This document shows, in pieces, positions 1 to 9,855 of a stretch of DNA of 64,000 nucleotides. Under the pieces are notes generated by a model that was not told the DNA's origin, ran no database searches, and saw nothing but the letters and a program-made list of their open reading frames with translations. The translations under genes were made by a program, and so were the position numbers. Source of the DNA: Alphaproteobacteria bacterium (GTDB lineage Bacteria > Pseudomonadota > Alphaproteobacteria > JACZXZ01); contig DATGLG010000068.1 in the NCBI GenBank assembly GCA_035294245.1, positions 146,766-210,765 of the forward strand, in the 5' to 3' direction. The first letter of the stretch is position 1. Each line of letters starts with the position of its first letter.

Positions 1-1
1 C

Positions 2-316
2 TATACGGCGAGCGTCGAGGCGCTGGCCTTCGACGTCGACCGCTCCTTCCAGATCCTGTTCATGATCATCATCGGCGGCCTCGGCAGCATCCTCGGCTCG
101 TTCCTGGGCGCTGCCTTCATCATCCTGCTGCCGATCCTGCTCAACAACCTGCCCGGCCTCCTCGGCATCAATGTCGGGGTGACCCTGGTGACCAATCTGC
201 AGGACATCGTCTATGGCCTGCTCATCGTCTTCTTCCTCATCGTCGAGCCGAACGGGCTCGCGCGGCTCTGGCAGATCGGCAAGGAGAAGCTGCGCCTATG
301 GCCCTTTCCTCATTGA
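2..316 (+). CDS. Branched-chain amino-acid-type ABC transporter permease, C-terminal fragment (LivH/LivM family); the gene starts upstream of the window
   Basis: In-frame ORF open from the window edge. Hydrophobic TM-rich C-terminus (GGLGSILGSFLGAAFIILLPILL...) typical of LivH/LivM permeases. A LivK-type binding protein gene follows. Confidence 0.55.
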   Translation, partial: YTASVEALAFDVDRSFQILFMIIIGGLGSILGSFLGAAFIILLPILLNNLPGLLGINVGVTLVTNLQDIVYGLLIVFFLIVEPNGLARLWQIGKEKLRLWPFPH

Positions 317-464
317 TATTCCTCAATGTTCCGGGCAGGCGCTCGGGCGGGTCGACTCGCGGGATTTGCGCCCCTGCCGAGGGGATGCTAGCCTCAATTC
401 ATAACAAGTCCTCGGGCCCGTGCCATGGCGCACGGAAGGCGGACGGACAGCATGGGAGGTTGCG

Positions 465-1802
465 ATGAACTTGCGACAAGTCACCATCGGCTTGGCTGTC
501 GTCGGGGCAGTCGGCTGGGCTTTCGGCGCGGCCGCGGCATTCGCTCAGAGCGAGCAATTCATCCCGCGCCTCGTCTACCGCACCGGCCCCTACGCGCCGG
601 ACGGCATCCCCTTCGCCAACGGCTATGCCGACTATCTCGACATGGTCAACGCCCGCGACGGCGGCGTCGGCGGCGTCAAGATCACCTACGAGGAATGCGA
701 GACCGGCTACAACAACGACAAGGGCGTCGAGTGCTATGAGCGCTTGAAGCATCATCCGCCCACGGGCGCCTCGCTGGTCGATCCCCTCTCGACGGGCATC
801 ACCTATGCCCTGATCGGCCGCGCCACCGCCGACAAGATCCCGGTGGTGTCGATGGGCTATGGCCGCGCCGATGCGAGCTACGGCCCGGTCTTCCCCTATG
901 TCTTCACCTACCCGGCGACCTATTGGGCGGGTGCGGACGCCATGATCCAGTATATCGGCCAGCAAGAAGGCGGCATGGCCAAGCTCAAGGGCAAGAAGAT
1001 CGCCCTCGTCTATTTGAACGCCGCCTATGGCAAGGAGCCGATCCCCACCCTGGAGCGGCTCGCCAAGGAATACGGCTACACCTTCACCGGCTACGCGGTG
1101 AATTCGCCGGGCCTCGACCAGCAGGCGACCTGGCTGCAGATCCACCAGGCGAAGCCCGACTGGGTGCTGATGTGGGGCTGGGGCGTGATGAACTCGACGG
1201 CGATCAAGGATGCCGTCTCGGTCGGCTATCCCATGGATCACTTCATCGGCATCTGGTGGTCGGGCGACAATCCCGACGTGCAGCCGGCCGGCATGTCCGC
1301 CAAGGGCTACAAGGCCGCGACCTTCCACGGCGTCGGCACCAACTACCCGGTGATCCAGGACATCCTCAAATACGTCTACGCCAAGGGCGGCGGGCATGGC
1401 CCCAAGGACGGCGTCGGCGGCCCGCTCTATGATCGCGGCGTCATCAACGCGATCTACGACCTCGAGGCCATCCGCACCGCCCAGGGGAAGTACGGCAAGA
1501 AGTCCCTGACCGGCGAGCAGGTGCAATGGGGCCTCGAGCACCTCAATCTGACGGACGCGCGGGTGAAGGCGCTCGGCGCCGAGGGCCTCGTCACGCCGAT
1601 CAAGCTCTCCTGCGAGGATCACGAAGGCGACGGCAATGTCCGCATCCAGCAATGGGACGGCAAGACCTGGCACATGATCAGCGGCTGGATCAAGCCGAAC
1701 CGCACCGCGCTGCGCGAGGCGTACAAGGAGTCGGCCATGGCCTATGCCAAGGAGAACAACATCACGCCGCGCGATTGCGCGAAGCAGGCGGCGGCGAAAT
1801 AG
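465..1802 (+). CDS. ABC transporter substrate-binding protein, Leu/Ile/Val-binding (type I PBP) family
   Basis: ORF 420..1802. Preferred start is ATG 465 (MNLRQV...) with GGGAGG 8 nt upstream. N-terminal signal peptide (AVVGAVGWAFGAAAAFA). Sits between a Liv-type permease and a LivF-type ATPase. Confidence 0.8.
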   Translation: MNLRQVTIGLAVVGAVGWAFGAAAAFAQSEQFIPRLVYRTGPYAPDGIPFANGYADYLDMVNARDGGVGGVKITYEECETGYNNDKGVECYERLKHHPPTGASLVDPLSTGITYALIGRATADKIPVVSMGYGRADASYGPVFPYVFTYPATYWAGADAMIQYIGQQEGGMAKLKGKKIALVYLNAAYGKEPIPTLERLAKEYGYTFTGYAVNSPGLDQQATWLQIHQAKPDWVLMWGWGVMNSTAIKDAVSVGYPMDHFIGIWWSGDNPDVQPAGMSAKGYKAATFHGVGTNYPVIQDILKYVYAKGGGHGPKDGVGGPLYDRGVINAIYDLEAIRTAQGKYGKKSLTGEQVQWGLEHLNLTDARVKALGAEGLVTPIKLSCEDHEGDGNVRIQQWDGKTWHMISGWIKPNRTALREAYKESAMAYAKENNITPRDCAKQAAAK

Positions 1803-1847
1803 CGCCGCGACGATTGCGCGCCGGGTGATGTCCTCGGGAGGCCAGCC

Positions 1848-2660
1848 GTGACCGAGCCCGGCCCGCTCCTCGTCGTCAACAACGTCGAGGTCATCTACGA
1901 CCACGTGATCCTGGTGCTCAAGGGCGTCTCGCTCGAGGTTCCCGAGGGGGGCATCGTCGCCCTCCTCGGGGCCAACGGCGCCGGCAAGACCACGACCCTC
2001 AAGGCGATCTCGAACCTGCTGCGCGCCGAGCGCGGCGACGTCACCAAGGGCAGCATCACTTTCCGCGGCGAGCGCGTCGACCGGCTCTCGCCCAACGACC
2101 TGGTGCGCCGCGGCGTGGTTCAGGTGATGGAGGGCCGCCACGTCTTCCCGCACCTCACCGTCGAGGACAATCTTTTGACCGGAGCCTTCACCCGACGCGA
2201 CGGCCGTGCGCCGGTGCAGCGCGATCTCGAGCGGGTCTATCACTACTTCCCGCGCCTCAAGGAGCGCCGGCGCTCCCAGGCCGGCTATACCTCGGGCGGC
2301 GAGCAGCAAATGATCGCCATCGGCCGTGCCTTGATGTCGCGCCCCGCGATGATGCTGCTCGACGAGCCCTCCATGGGCCTGGCACCCCAGCTCGTTGAGG
2401 AGATCTTCGCCATCGTCCAGCGCCTCAACCGGGACGAGGGATTGAGCGTGCTCGTCGCCGAGCAGAACACCAATATCGCGCTGCGCTTCGCCGGCTACGG
2501 CTACATCCTCGAGAACGGCCGCATCGTGCTCGACGGCCCGGCCGAGACCCTGCGCCAGAACGAGGATGTGAAGGAGTTCTATCTCGGCCTCGCGGGCGAG
2601 CGCCGCAAGAGCTATCGCGACGTGAAGCACTACAAGCGGCGCAAGCGCTGGCTCGCATGA
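1848..2660 (+). CDS. ABC transporter ATP-binding protein, LivF-like
   Basis: Walker A GANGAGKTT, signature YTSGGEQQM, Walker B MLLDEPS. GTG start at 1848 with GGGAGG RBS. Has a basic C-terminal tail. Confidence 0.85.
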   Translation: MTEPGPLLVVNNVEVIYDHVILVLKGVSLEVPEGGIVALLGANGAGKTTTLKAISNLLRAERGDVTKGSITFRGERVDRLSPNDLVRRGVVQVMEGRHVFPHLTVEDNLLTGAFTRRDGRAPVQRDLERVYHYFPRLKERRRSQAGYTSGGEQQMIAIGRALMSRPAMMLLDEPSMGLAPQLVEEIFAIVQRLNRDEGLSVLVAEQNTNIALRFAGYGYILENGRIVLDGPAETLRQNEDVKEFYLGLAGERRKSYRDVKHYKRRKRWLA

Positions 2661-2707
2661 GCCTCCGCCCCGCGCCGGCGATCCGGCCGCTGCCCTGAGA
2701 GCCGCGC

Positions 2708-3955
2708 ATGACCAAGGCGGGTGCTTATTTCGATTCCCTCGAGATCCGCGAGCCGGCGGCGCGGGAGCGCGAGCAATTCGCGGCGCTGCGCGAGATCGCG
2801 GCGCTGGCCAAGGCGAAGGCGCCGGGCTGGGCCCGCATCCTCGACGGTGTCGATCCGGCGGGCCTCGGCGATCGCGCGGCGCTCGCGGCCCTCCCCGTCA
2901 CGCGCAAATCCGGGCTTGTCTCGCTCCAGGCTGCGGCGATGCCCTTCGGCGGCCTGATCACGAGCGACGCCGGCGCGCTTGCGCGCATCTATGTCTCCCC
3001 GGGGCCGATCTACGACCCAGAGGGGCGTCGGCCCGATTACTGGCGCATGGCGCGCGCCCTCTTCGCCGCGGGCTTCCGCGCCGGCGAGGTGATCCACAAC
3101 AGCTTCTCCTATCACCTGACCCCGGCGGGCATGATGTTCGAGACGGGTGCCGCCGCCCTCGGCTGCGCCGTGATTCCGGGCGGCGTGGGCCAGACGGAGC
3201 TGCAAGCGCGCACCATCGCCGCATTGCGGCCCGCAGGCTATGTGGGAACGCCCTCCTTCCTCAAGCTCCTCCTCGACAAGGGCCGCGAGCTCGGCCTCGA
3301 TCTCGGCGCGCTGCGGCACGCCCTGGTCTCCGCCGAGGCGCTGCCGCCCAGCCTGCGCGCCGAGCTCGAAGGCCACGGCCTCGGCGTGCTGCAATGCTAC
3401 GGCACGGCGGATCTCGGCCTCGTCGCCTATGAGTCCGAGGCGAAGGAGGGGATGATCGTCGACGAGGGCGTCATTCTCGAGCTGGTGCGCCCCGGCACCG
3501 GCGACCTGGTCCCCGAGGGCGAGGTCGGCGAGGTCGTGGTGACGGCGCTCAACCCCGATTACCCGCTGATCCGCTTCGGCACCGGCGATCTCTCCGCCGC
3601 GCTGCCGGGCCCGAGCCCCTGCGGCCGCACCAATCTGCGCATCCGCGGCTGGATGGGCCGCGCCGACCAGACGGCCAAGCTGCGCGGCATGTTCGTGCAT
3701 CCGGGGCAGGTCGCCGCCGTCATCAAGCGCCATCCCGCGATCGTCAAGGCGCGGCTCGTCATCGACAGCCGCGAGCACCAGGACCTGGCGGTGCTCCGCT
3801 GCGAGGTTCGGGATGACGCCGCGGCAGGCCTCGCCGGCGAGATCGCCCACTCGTTTCACGAGGTCTGCAAGCTGCGCGGCGAGGTCGAGCTGGTGCCGCC
3901 GGGAACCCTCCCCAATGACGGCAAGGTGATCGACGATATCCGGACATACGAATGA
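2708..3955 (+). CDS. Phenylacetate-CoA ligase family (PaaK-like, coenzyme F390 synthetase-like) adenylate-forming enzyme
   Basis: 415 aa with PaaK-like architecture and motifs (YGTADLG..., GDL.. C-terminal region). Found immediately after the Liv-type ABC genes, as is common for this family. Confidence 0.7.
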   Translation: MTKAGAYFDSLEIREPAAREREQFAALREIAALAKAKAPGWARILDGVDPAGLGDRAALAALPVTRKSGLVSLQAAAMPFGGLITSDAGALARIYVSPGPIYDPEGRRPDYWRMARALFAAGFRAGEVIHNSFSYHLTPAGMMFETGAAALGCAVIPGGVGQTELQARTIAALRPAGYVGTPSFLKLLLDKGRELGLDLGALRHALVSAEALPPSLRAELEGHGLGVLQCYGTADLGLVAYESEAKEGMIVDEGVILELVRPGTGDLVPEGEVGEVVVTALNPDYPLIRFGTGDLSAALPGPSPCGRTNLRIRGWMGRADQTAKLRGMFVHPGQVAAVIKRHPAIVKARLVIDSREHQDLAVLRCEVRDDAAAGLAGEIAHSFHEVCKLRGEVELVPPGTLPNDGKVIDDIRTYE

Positions 3956-4048
3956 GCGGTACCGCGGCACCTTGAGGCTTCCGCCGCTTCCCGTTCCGTG
4001 GCATATGAGGGCGCGCAAATCCAAGAAACCGGGTGGAGGGGACGACAC

Positions 4049-5074
4049 ATGACCAAGCTCAGCCGGCGGCGATTTCTCGGCACGGCCGCCGCCATTGGCG
4101 GCGGCTCGTTCGCCGCGCTCAACATCCTGACGCGGCCTGCGGACGCCGCCGAGTTCACCTATAAATATGCGAACAATCTGCCGCTCACCCACCCGATGAA
4201 TCTGCGGGCTCAGGCCGCCGTGGCGAAGATCAAGGAGGAGTCCGGCGGGCGTCTCGAGGTGCAGATTTTCCCCAACAACCAGCTCGGCGGCGACACGGAC
4301 ATGCTCTCCCAGGTCCGCTCCGGCGCCATCGAGTTCTTCACCCTCTCCGGCCTCATCCTCGCCACGCTTGTGCCGGTCGCCTCGATCAACGGCATCGGCT
4401 TCGCCTTCAAGGACTACGACCAGGTCTGGGCCGCCATGGATGGCGCGCTCGGCGCCCATATCCGCGGCGCCATTGACAAGGCCAATCTCGTCGCCCTCGA
4501 GAAGATCTGGGACAACGGCTATCGCGAGATCACCTCGAGCACGCATCCGATCAATACCCCCAACGACCTCAAGGGCTTCAAGATCCGCGTGCCGGTGAGC
4601 CCGCTCTGGACCTCGATGTTCAAGGCCTTCGACGCCTCGCCGGCCAGCATCAATTTCAGCGAGGTCTATTCCGCCCTCCAGACCCACGTGGTCGAGGGCC
4701 AGGAGAACCCGCTCGCCATCATCCAGACGGCCAAGCTCTACGAGGTGCAGAAATACTGCTCCCTCACCAATCACATGTGGGACGGCTTCTGGTTCCTCGC
4801 CAACAAGCTGGCCTGGACCAAGCTGCCCGCCAATCTGCGCGAGATCGCCGCGAAGAATTTCAACGCGGCGGCCCTCGGCGAGCGCGCCGACGTGAAGAAG
4901 CTCAACGATTCGCTGCAGGGCGAGCTCAAGTCCAAGGGCATGGTCTTCAATGCGCCGGACGCCGAGCCCTTCCGCGCCGCCCTGCGCAAGGCCGGCTTCT
5001 ACAAGGAATGGAAGGGCAAATACGGCGACGAGGCTTGGGGACTCCTCGAGAAATATGTCGGCCAGCTCGCGTGA
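4049..5074 (+). CDS. dctP: TRAP transporter substrate-binding protein DctP family
   Basis: ORF 3998..5074. ATG 4049 (MTKLSRRRFLGTAAAIGG: Tat/Sec signal) follows a GGAGGGGA RBS. DctP-like body (Y.YANNLP, periplasmic-binding fold). Confidence 0.85.
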   Translation: MTKLSRRRFLGTAAAIGGGSFAALNILTRPADAAEFTYKYANNLPLTHPMNLRAQAAVAKIKEESGGRLEVQIFPNNQLGGDTDMLSQVRSGAIEFFTLSGLILATLVPVASINGIGFAFKDYDQVWAAMDGALGAHIRGAIDKANLVALEKIWDNGYREITSSTHPINTPNDLKGFKIRVPVSPLWTSMFKAFDASPASINFSEVYSALQTHVVEGQENPLAIIQTAKLYEVQKYCSLTNHMWDGFWFLANKLAWTKLPANLREIAAKNFNAAALGERADVKKLNDSLQGELKSKGMVFNAPDAEPFRAALRKAGFYKEWKGKYGDEAWGLLEKYVGQLA

Positions 5075-5239
5075 CAGAGCGGGGAGGCCGCCGCTGACGG
5101 CCGTCATTGCGAGGAACGCACGCGCAGCGTGCGGGACGAAGCAATCCAGGGATTCGAGAGGCTGGATTGCGTCGCTCCCTTCGGGAGCTCGCAATGACGG
5201 GCAGGAGAAAGCGCCCGACGTCGTTTTCGCGGTCGCACG

Positions 5240-7135
5240 ATGACCGCGGAGCGGACCGCGCGTGGCGACGTCACGGCCTTCGCGGCCGAAGCGGCGGGCG
5301 AAGCCCCGGCGGCGCTGCATTTCCCCCGCCTCGACCGCGCTCTTGCCTGGCTGACGGAGATCCCCGCCGCCGTTCTCGTCATCGTGGAGACGGTGGTACT
5401 CTTCGCGGGCGTCGTCTCGCGCTACGTCTTCGACCGGCCGCTCACCTGGTCCGACGAGCTCGCGGCGATCCTCTTTCTCTGGCTCGCCATGCTCGGCGCC
5501 GTGATCGCGCTGCGCCGCGACGGCCATATGCGGCTCACCGCCGTCGTCGCGGTCGCCTCTCCGGCCTGGCGGCGCTGGTGGGAGACGGTCGCCGCCATGG
5601 TGGTGGCCGTCTTCGTCCTCGAGATCGTCCTCCCCGCCGAAGCCTATTTCGAGGGTCAATGGGCGATCACCACGCCCGCGCTCGAGATCCATGACGGCTA
5701 TCGCGTGGCGGCGATCGGCGTCGCGGCCTTGCTGATGCTGGTGATCGCCGTGTTGCGCCTGATCGAGCGCTCGAGCTGGCGCCACGCCCTCGGCGCCATC
5801 GTCGTGGTCCTCGCCATCGCCGCCCTGCTCCGCCTGGCGCAGCCGCTCCTCCTAGCGCTCGGTAATTTCGATCTTCTCATCTTCTTCGTCGTCATGGTCG
5901 CCGCCTGCGTCGCCATCGCCGTGCCCATCGCCTTCGCGTTCGGCGTCGCCACCCTCTCCTATTTGGCCCTCGCGACCCATGTGCCCCTCACCATCGTGGT
6001 TAGCCGCATGGACGAGGGCATGTCGAATCTGGTGCTGCTCTCGGTGCCGCTCTTCGTCTTCCTGGGGCTCCTCATCGAGATGACGGGCCTTGCGCGCGCC
6101 CTCGTCGATTTCCTCGCCGCCCTCCTCGGCCATGTGCGCGGCGGGCTCTCCTACGTGCTGCTCGGCGCCATGTATCTCGTCTCCGGCATCTCCGGCTCCA
6201 AGGCTGCCGACATGGCGGCGATCGCTCCCGTGCTCTTCCCGGAGATGAAGCGCCGGGGTGCGGCACCCGGCGAGCTCGTGGCCCTGCTCTCCTCGTCAGG
6301 GGCCATGTCGGAGACGATCCCACCGAGCCTCGTCCTCATCACCATCGGCTCGGTGACCGGCGTCTCCATCGCGGCGCTCTTCGCCGGCGGGCTGGTCCCC
6401 GCGGCGGTGGGCGCCCTCGCGCTTGTCGTCGTCTGCTTCTTTCGCTCGCGCAAGGAGGATCTGAGCCATGTCCGCCGCGCGCGCGGCGGCGAGGTGCTGC
6501 GCGCCTTCATCGTCGCCCTGCCGGCCCTGATCCTTCCCTTCGTCATCCGCGCCGCGGTGGTGGAGGGTGTGGCGACGGCGACGGAGGTCTCGACCGTCGG
6601 CGTGGTCTACACCTTCGTCGTCGGGCTCTGCGTCTATCGCCAATTCGATTGGCGCCGGCTCTATCCGATCCTCATCGAGACCGCCTCGCTCTCGGGGGCC
6701 ATCCTCCTCATCATCGGCACGGCGACGGCGATGGCCTGGGCGCTGACCCAATCCGGCTTCTCCCACCAGCTCGTCGCCACCATGGCGGGCGCCCCCGGCG
6801 GCAAGGCGGGCTTCCTCGCCGTCTCCATCCTTGTCTTCGTCGTGCTCGGCAGCGTGCTCGAGGGCATTCCCGCCATCGTGCTCTTCGGCCCGCTCCTCTT
6901 TCCCGTGGCGCGCGCCATCGGCGTGCACGAGGTGCATTACGCCATGGTCGTGATCCTCGCCATGGGCCTCGGCCTCTTCGCGCCGCCCTTCGGCGTCGGC
7001 TTCTACGCGGCTTGCGTCATCGGCCGCGTCTCCCCCGACGACTCCATGCGCCGCGTCTGGCCCTATCTCGGGGCATTGTTCCTCGCCCTCGTCATCGTCG
7101 CCGCAGCACCCTGGCTGTCGATCGGGTTCTTGTGA
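5240..7135 (+). CDS. dctQM: TRAP transporter fused small/large permease (DctQ-DctM fusion)
   Basis: 631 aa. N-terminal 4-TM DctQ-like module (LAWLTEIPAAVLVIVETVVLFAGV...) fused to a 12-TM DctM-like module. Directly downstream of dctP. Confidence 0.85.
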   Translation: MTAERTARGDVTAFAAEAAGEAPAALHFPRLDRALAWLTEIPAAVLVIVETVVLFAGVVSRYVFDRPLTWSDELAAILFLWLAMLGAVIALRRDGHMRLTAVVAVASPAWRRWWETVAAMVVAVFVLEIVLPAEAYFEGQWAITTPALEIHDGYRVAAIGVAALLMLVIAVLRLIERSSWRHALGAIVVVLAIAALLRLAQPLLLALGNFDLLIFFVVMVAACVAIAVPIAFAFGVATLSYLALATHVPLTIVVSRMDEGMSNLVLLSVPLFVFLGLLIEMTGLARALVDFLAALLGHVRGGLSYVLLGAMYLVSGISGSKAADMAAIAPVLFPEMKRRGAAPGELVALLSSSGAMSETIPPSLVLITIGSVTGVSIAALFAGGLVPAAVGALALVVVCFFRSRKEDLSHVRRARGGEVLRAFIVALPALILPFVIRAAVVEGVATATEVSTVGVVYTFVVGLCVYRQFDWRRLYPILIETASLSGAILLIIGTATAMAWALTQSGFSHQLVATMAGAPGGKAGFLAVSILVFVVLGSVLEGIPAIVLFGPLLFPVARAIGVHEVHYAMVVILAMGLGLFAPPFGVGFYAACVIGRVSPDDSMRRVWPYLGALFLALVIVAAAPWLSIGFL

Positions 7136-7163
7136 GGGGGCTCTACACGCCCGATTTCTCGGC

Positions 7164-8072
7164 TCAATTGCGCTCCTCCGGGCGGATGACGGGCAAGCCG
7201 CGGAACGCCTCCGCGGCGTAGTCGAGGAAGGCCTGCACCTTCGGCGCTCTTTGGCTGCGACTCTGGGTGACGAGCTGCACCGGCAAGGGCGGCGGCTCGA
7301 AATCCCGCAACAGGCGCACCAGCGTTCCCGCCGCGAGATCGTCCGCGACCTGATAGGAGAGGACGCGCGCGATGCCCCGTCCCGCCCGCGCGGCGACGAG
7401 CTGCGCCTCGATCTCGTTGACGAGGAGCCGCGGCGCCAATCGCACCAAGGAACCACGCGGCGACGGGCCGAAGCGCCATTCCAGCAGCCCCGAGCGCGAG
7501 GTCCCGAAGATGATGTCGTGACGGACGAGCTCCGACGGTGCCCGCGGGATGCCGCGCCGCGCGAGATAGGCGGGACTGGCGACAGTGACGCGGCGGACGG
7601 AGCCCACCCGCCGCACCACGAGGGCGGAATCCGAGAGCGGCCCGATCCGCACCGCCACGTCGAGCCCTTCCTCGATGAGGTCGAGATTGCGGTCATTGAG
7701 CACGAGCTCGACCTGCATCTCGGGAAAGGCGTCGAGGAATCCGGTCACCACGGGCGCCACATGGCGGCGGCCGAACTGCACCGGCGCCGTCACCCGCAAC
7801 AGGCCCCGCAGCGGCGCGCTGGCGACGCCCGTCACCGCGATGTCGTAATCGGTCAGGAGGGCCCTCGCCCGCTCCGCCAGGCTGCGACCCGCTTCCGTGG
7901 GCGACAGGCGCCGCGTCGTGCGCTCGACGAGGCGCAGGCCGATGCGGGCCTCGAGGGCCGCGAGAGCGCGGGTCACCGCCGGCGGCGAGCGGCGCAGGCG
8001 ACGGGCCGCGCCGGCGAGGCTCCCCGCGTCGATGATCGCGACGAAAATCGCCAGCTCGTCGAGGCGATCCAT
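7164..8072 (-). CDS. LysR-family transcriptional regulator
   Basis: N-terminal wHTH (MDRLDELAIFVAIIDAGSLAGAARRL..SPPAVTRALAALE) plus a LysR substrate-binding domain. Divergent from a GST gene. Confidence 0.85.
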   Translation of the reverse strand: MDRLDELAIFVAIIDAGSLAGAARRLRRSPPAVTRALAALEARIGLRLVERTTRRLSPTEAGRSLAERARALLTDYDIAVTGVASAPLRGLLRVTAPVQFGRRHVAPVVTGFLDAFPEMQVELVLNDRNLDLIEEGLDVAVRIGPLSDSALVVRRVGSVRRVTVASPAYLARRGIPRAPSELVRHDIIFGTSRSGLLEWRFGPSPRGSLVRLAPRLLVNEIEAQLVAARAGRGIARVLSYQVADDLAAGTLVRLLRDFEPPPLPVQLVTQSRSQRAPKVQAFLDYAAEAFRGLPVIRPEERN

Positions 8073-8168
8073 GATTATTCCAATTCTCGAAATTCTGACT
8101 TTCCATTTTGCCGAGTTCTCATTGGATTTGGCAACGATAACATAGCCGCCTCGCTTTCAGGAGGCCCC

Positions 8169-8795
8169 ATGACCACTCCCGATATCACGCTCCACGGCAC
8201 CCCGCTCTCCGGCCATACCCACCGGGTCGAGCTGCTCCTGCTGATGCTCGGCCTGCCCTACCGGCTCGTGCCGGCGCCCGCCGAGGTGAGGCGCAGCGAG
8301 GCGTTCCGGCGCCGGCTCAATCCCCTGGGCCAGATCCCTGTCCTGGAGGATGGCGAGCTGGTGCTCGCCGATAGCAACGCCATCCTGGTCTACCTCGCGA
8401 AGCGTTACGCGCCCGGAGGCCCCTGGCTACCCGAGGAGCCCGTTGCGGCGTCCCGGGTTCAGCGCTGGCTCTCGATCGCCGCGGGCGAGGTGATGTACGG
8501 GCCGGCGACGGCGCGCATGGTGGCGCAATGGGGAATGGAGGGCGATCCCGCGCGGGCGGCCGTGATCGCCGAGCGGTTTCTGCGCTTCATGGAGGCGCAT
8601 CTCGCCGAGCGCCGCTATCTGGCGGCCGAGTATCCGACGATCGCCGACCTCGCCTGCTATTCCTACGTCGCCCATGCGCCCGAGGGCGGCATCGCTCTCG
8701 ACCCCTATCCCGCCGTGCAGGCCTGGCTGCGCCGCATCGAGGCGCTGCCCAAATTCAAGGCGATGCCGGCGTCCCCAATACCGCAAAAGAGCTGA
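8169..8795 (+). CDS. Glutathione S-transferase
   Basis: ATG 8169 (MTTPDITLHGTPLSGHTHRVELLL...) with a GST N-terminal thioredoxin-like fold and C-terminal helical domain. It is the coding C-terminal part of spurious long ORF 7251..8795. Confidence 0.8.
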   Translation: MTTPDITLHGTPLSGHTHRVELLLLMLGLPYRLVPAPAEVRRSEAFRRRLNPLGQIPVLEDGELVLADSNAILVYLAKRYAPGGPWLPEEPVAASRVQRWLSIAAGEVMYGPATARMVAQWGMEGDPARAAVIAERFLRFMEAHLAERRYLAAEYPTIADLACYSYVAHAPEGGIALDPYPAVQAWLRRIEALPKFKAMPASPIPQKS

Positions 8796-8802
8796 GACAC
8801 CG

Positions 8803-9726
8803 ATGATCCCTTCGCCCTTCCATGCAGACGAGCTCGCCGCCCAGGCGCTTGCCGGCGCTGGCGCGAGCGGCGGCGGCATCCGGAGCTTCATGCCCGACCA
8901 GCATCGCAGCTTCTTCGCGCTGCTGCCCTATCTCTTCATCGGCGCCATCGACGACGAGGGCTGGCCGATCGCGACGGCGCTGACCGGCGCGCCCGGCTTC
9001 GTCCATTCCCCGGACCCGGTGACCCTACGCATCGAGGCGCTGCCGGATCGCAGCGATCCCGCCGCGGCGGGCTTCACTCTCGGGCGCGAGATCGGCGTCC
9101 TCGGCATCGATTTCGGCACGCGGCGGCGCAATCGCGCCAATGGACGGATCGCCGCCCTGGATGCAGCCGGCCTCACCGTCGCCGTGCGGCAGAGCTTCGG
9201 CAATTGCCCGCAATACATCCAGCGCCGCGACATGCAACCGGCATCCGCCATGCCGAGCGATGCGGAATCCTTTGCCGCCTTCGACGACGAGACGCGGCGG
9301 CTGATCGCGAAGGCCGATACCTTGCTCGTCGCGAGCAAGGCGCGCCCGGAGAGCGGCGCCGCGGGAGGCGCCGATATCTCCCATCGCGGCGGCCGGCCCG
9401 GCTTCGCCCATCTCGACGGCGATGCGCTCGTCATTCCCGATTTCCGCGGCAACCGCTATTTCAACACCCTCGGCAATCTTCTCGGCGAGCCGCGCGGATC
9501 ACTGCTCTTCATCGATTTCGCGCGCGGCGACCTGCTGCAATTGCAAGGAACGGTGGAAATCGACTGGAGCGGCGAGGCTGCGCGCCGCATCGAGGGCGCG
9601 GAGCGCTTGTGGCGTTTTCGTCTCGCGCGCGGCTGGCGCCGCCGCGGCGCGTTTCCCCTGCGCGGCGCCTTCATCGATTATGCGCCGACCACCGAGCGGA
9701 CCGGCATTTGGCGCGCGGCGGAGTGA
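8803..9726 (+). CDS. Pyridoxamine 5'-phosphate oxidase-like FMN-binding (split-barrel) family protein
   Basis: ATG 8803 (MIPSPFHADELAAQAL...), 8 nt after the GST stop. PNPOx-like split-barrel signature region (...HRGGRPGFAHLDGDALVIPDFRGNRYFNTLGNL...). Confidence 0.6.
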   Translation: MIPSPFHADELAAQALAGAGASGGGIRSFMPDQHRSFFALLPYLFIGAIDDEGWPIATALTGAPGFVHSPDPVTLRIEALPDRSDPAAAGFTLGREIGVLGIDFGTRRRNRANGRIAALDAAGLTVAVRQSFGNCPQYIQRRDMQPASAMPSDAESFAAFDDETRRLIAKADTLLVASKARPESGAAGGADISHRGGRPGFAHLDGDALVIPDFRGNRYFNTLGNLLGEPRGSLLFIDFARGDLLQLQGTVEIDWSGEAARRIEGAERLWRFRLARGWRRRGAFPLRGAFIDYAPTTERTGIWRAAE

Positions 9727-9855
9727 GATCACGCTCTGCGCACCTGCTCGACCGCGCAAATGTGGCGAGACTGCCCAAATTCCACCACAAAAATGTCCCG
9801 TGACACCCCGGAGCCGATTTCATATCTAGCGCGCAGCTTCCGAGGGGGTGTCCTC

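Noticed and set aside
2630-5785. 1051-aa ORF on the minus strand spanning the PaaK-like and dctP genes (also 399..2630 -)
   Set aside because: Arg/Ala/Gly-rich low-complexity translation typical of antisense frames in high-GC DNA. The opposite strand carries well-supported genes with conserved motifs.
7251-8795. 514-aa ORF whose N-terminal 300 aa run antisense through the LysR gene
   Set aside because: Only the C-terminal 208 aa (from ATG 8169) form a GST. The upstream part is an R/E/D-rich antisense read-through of the LysR gene.
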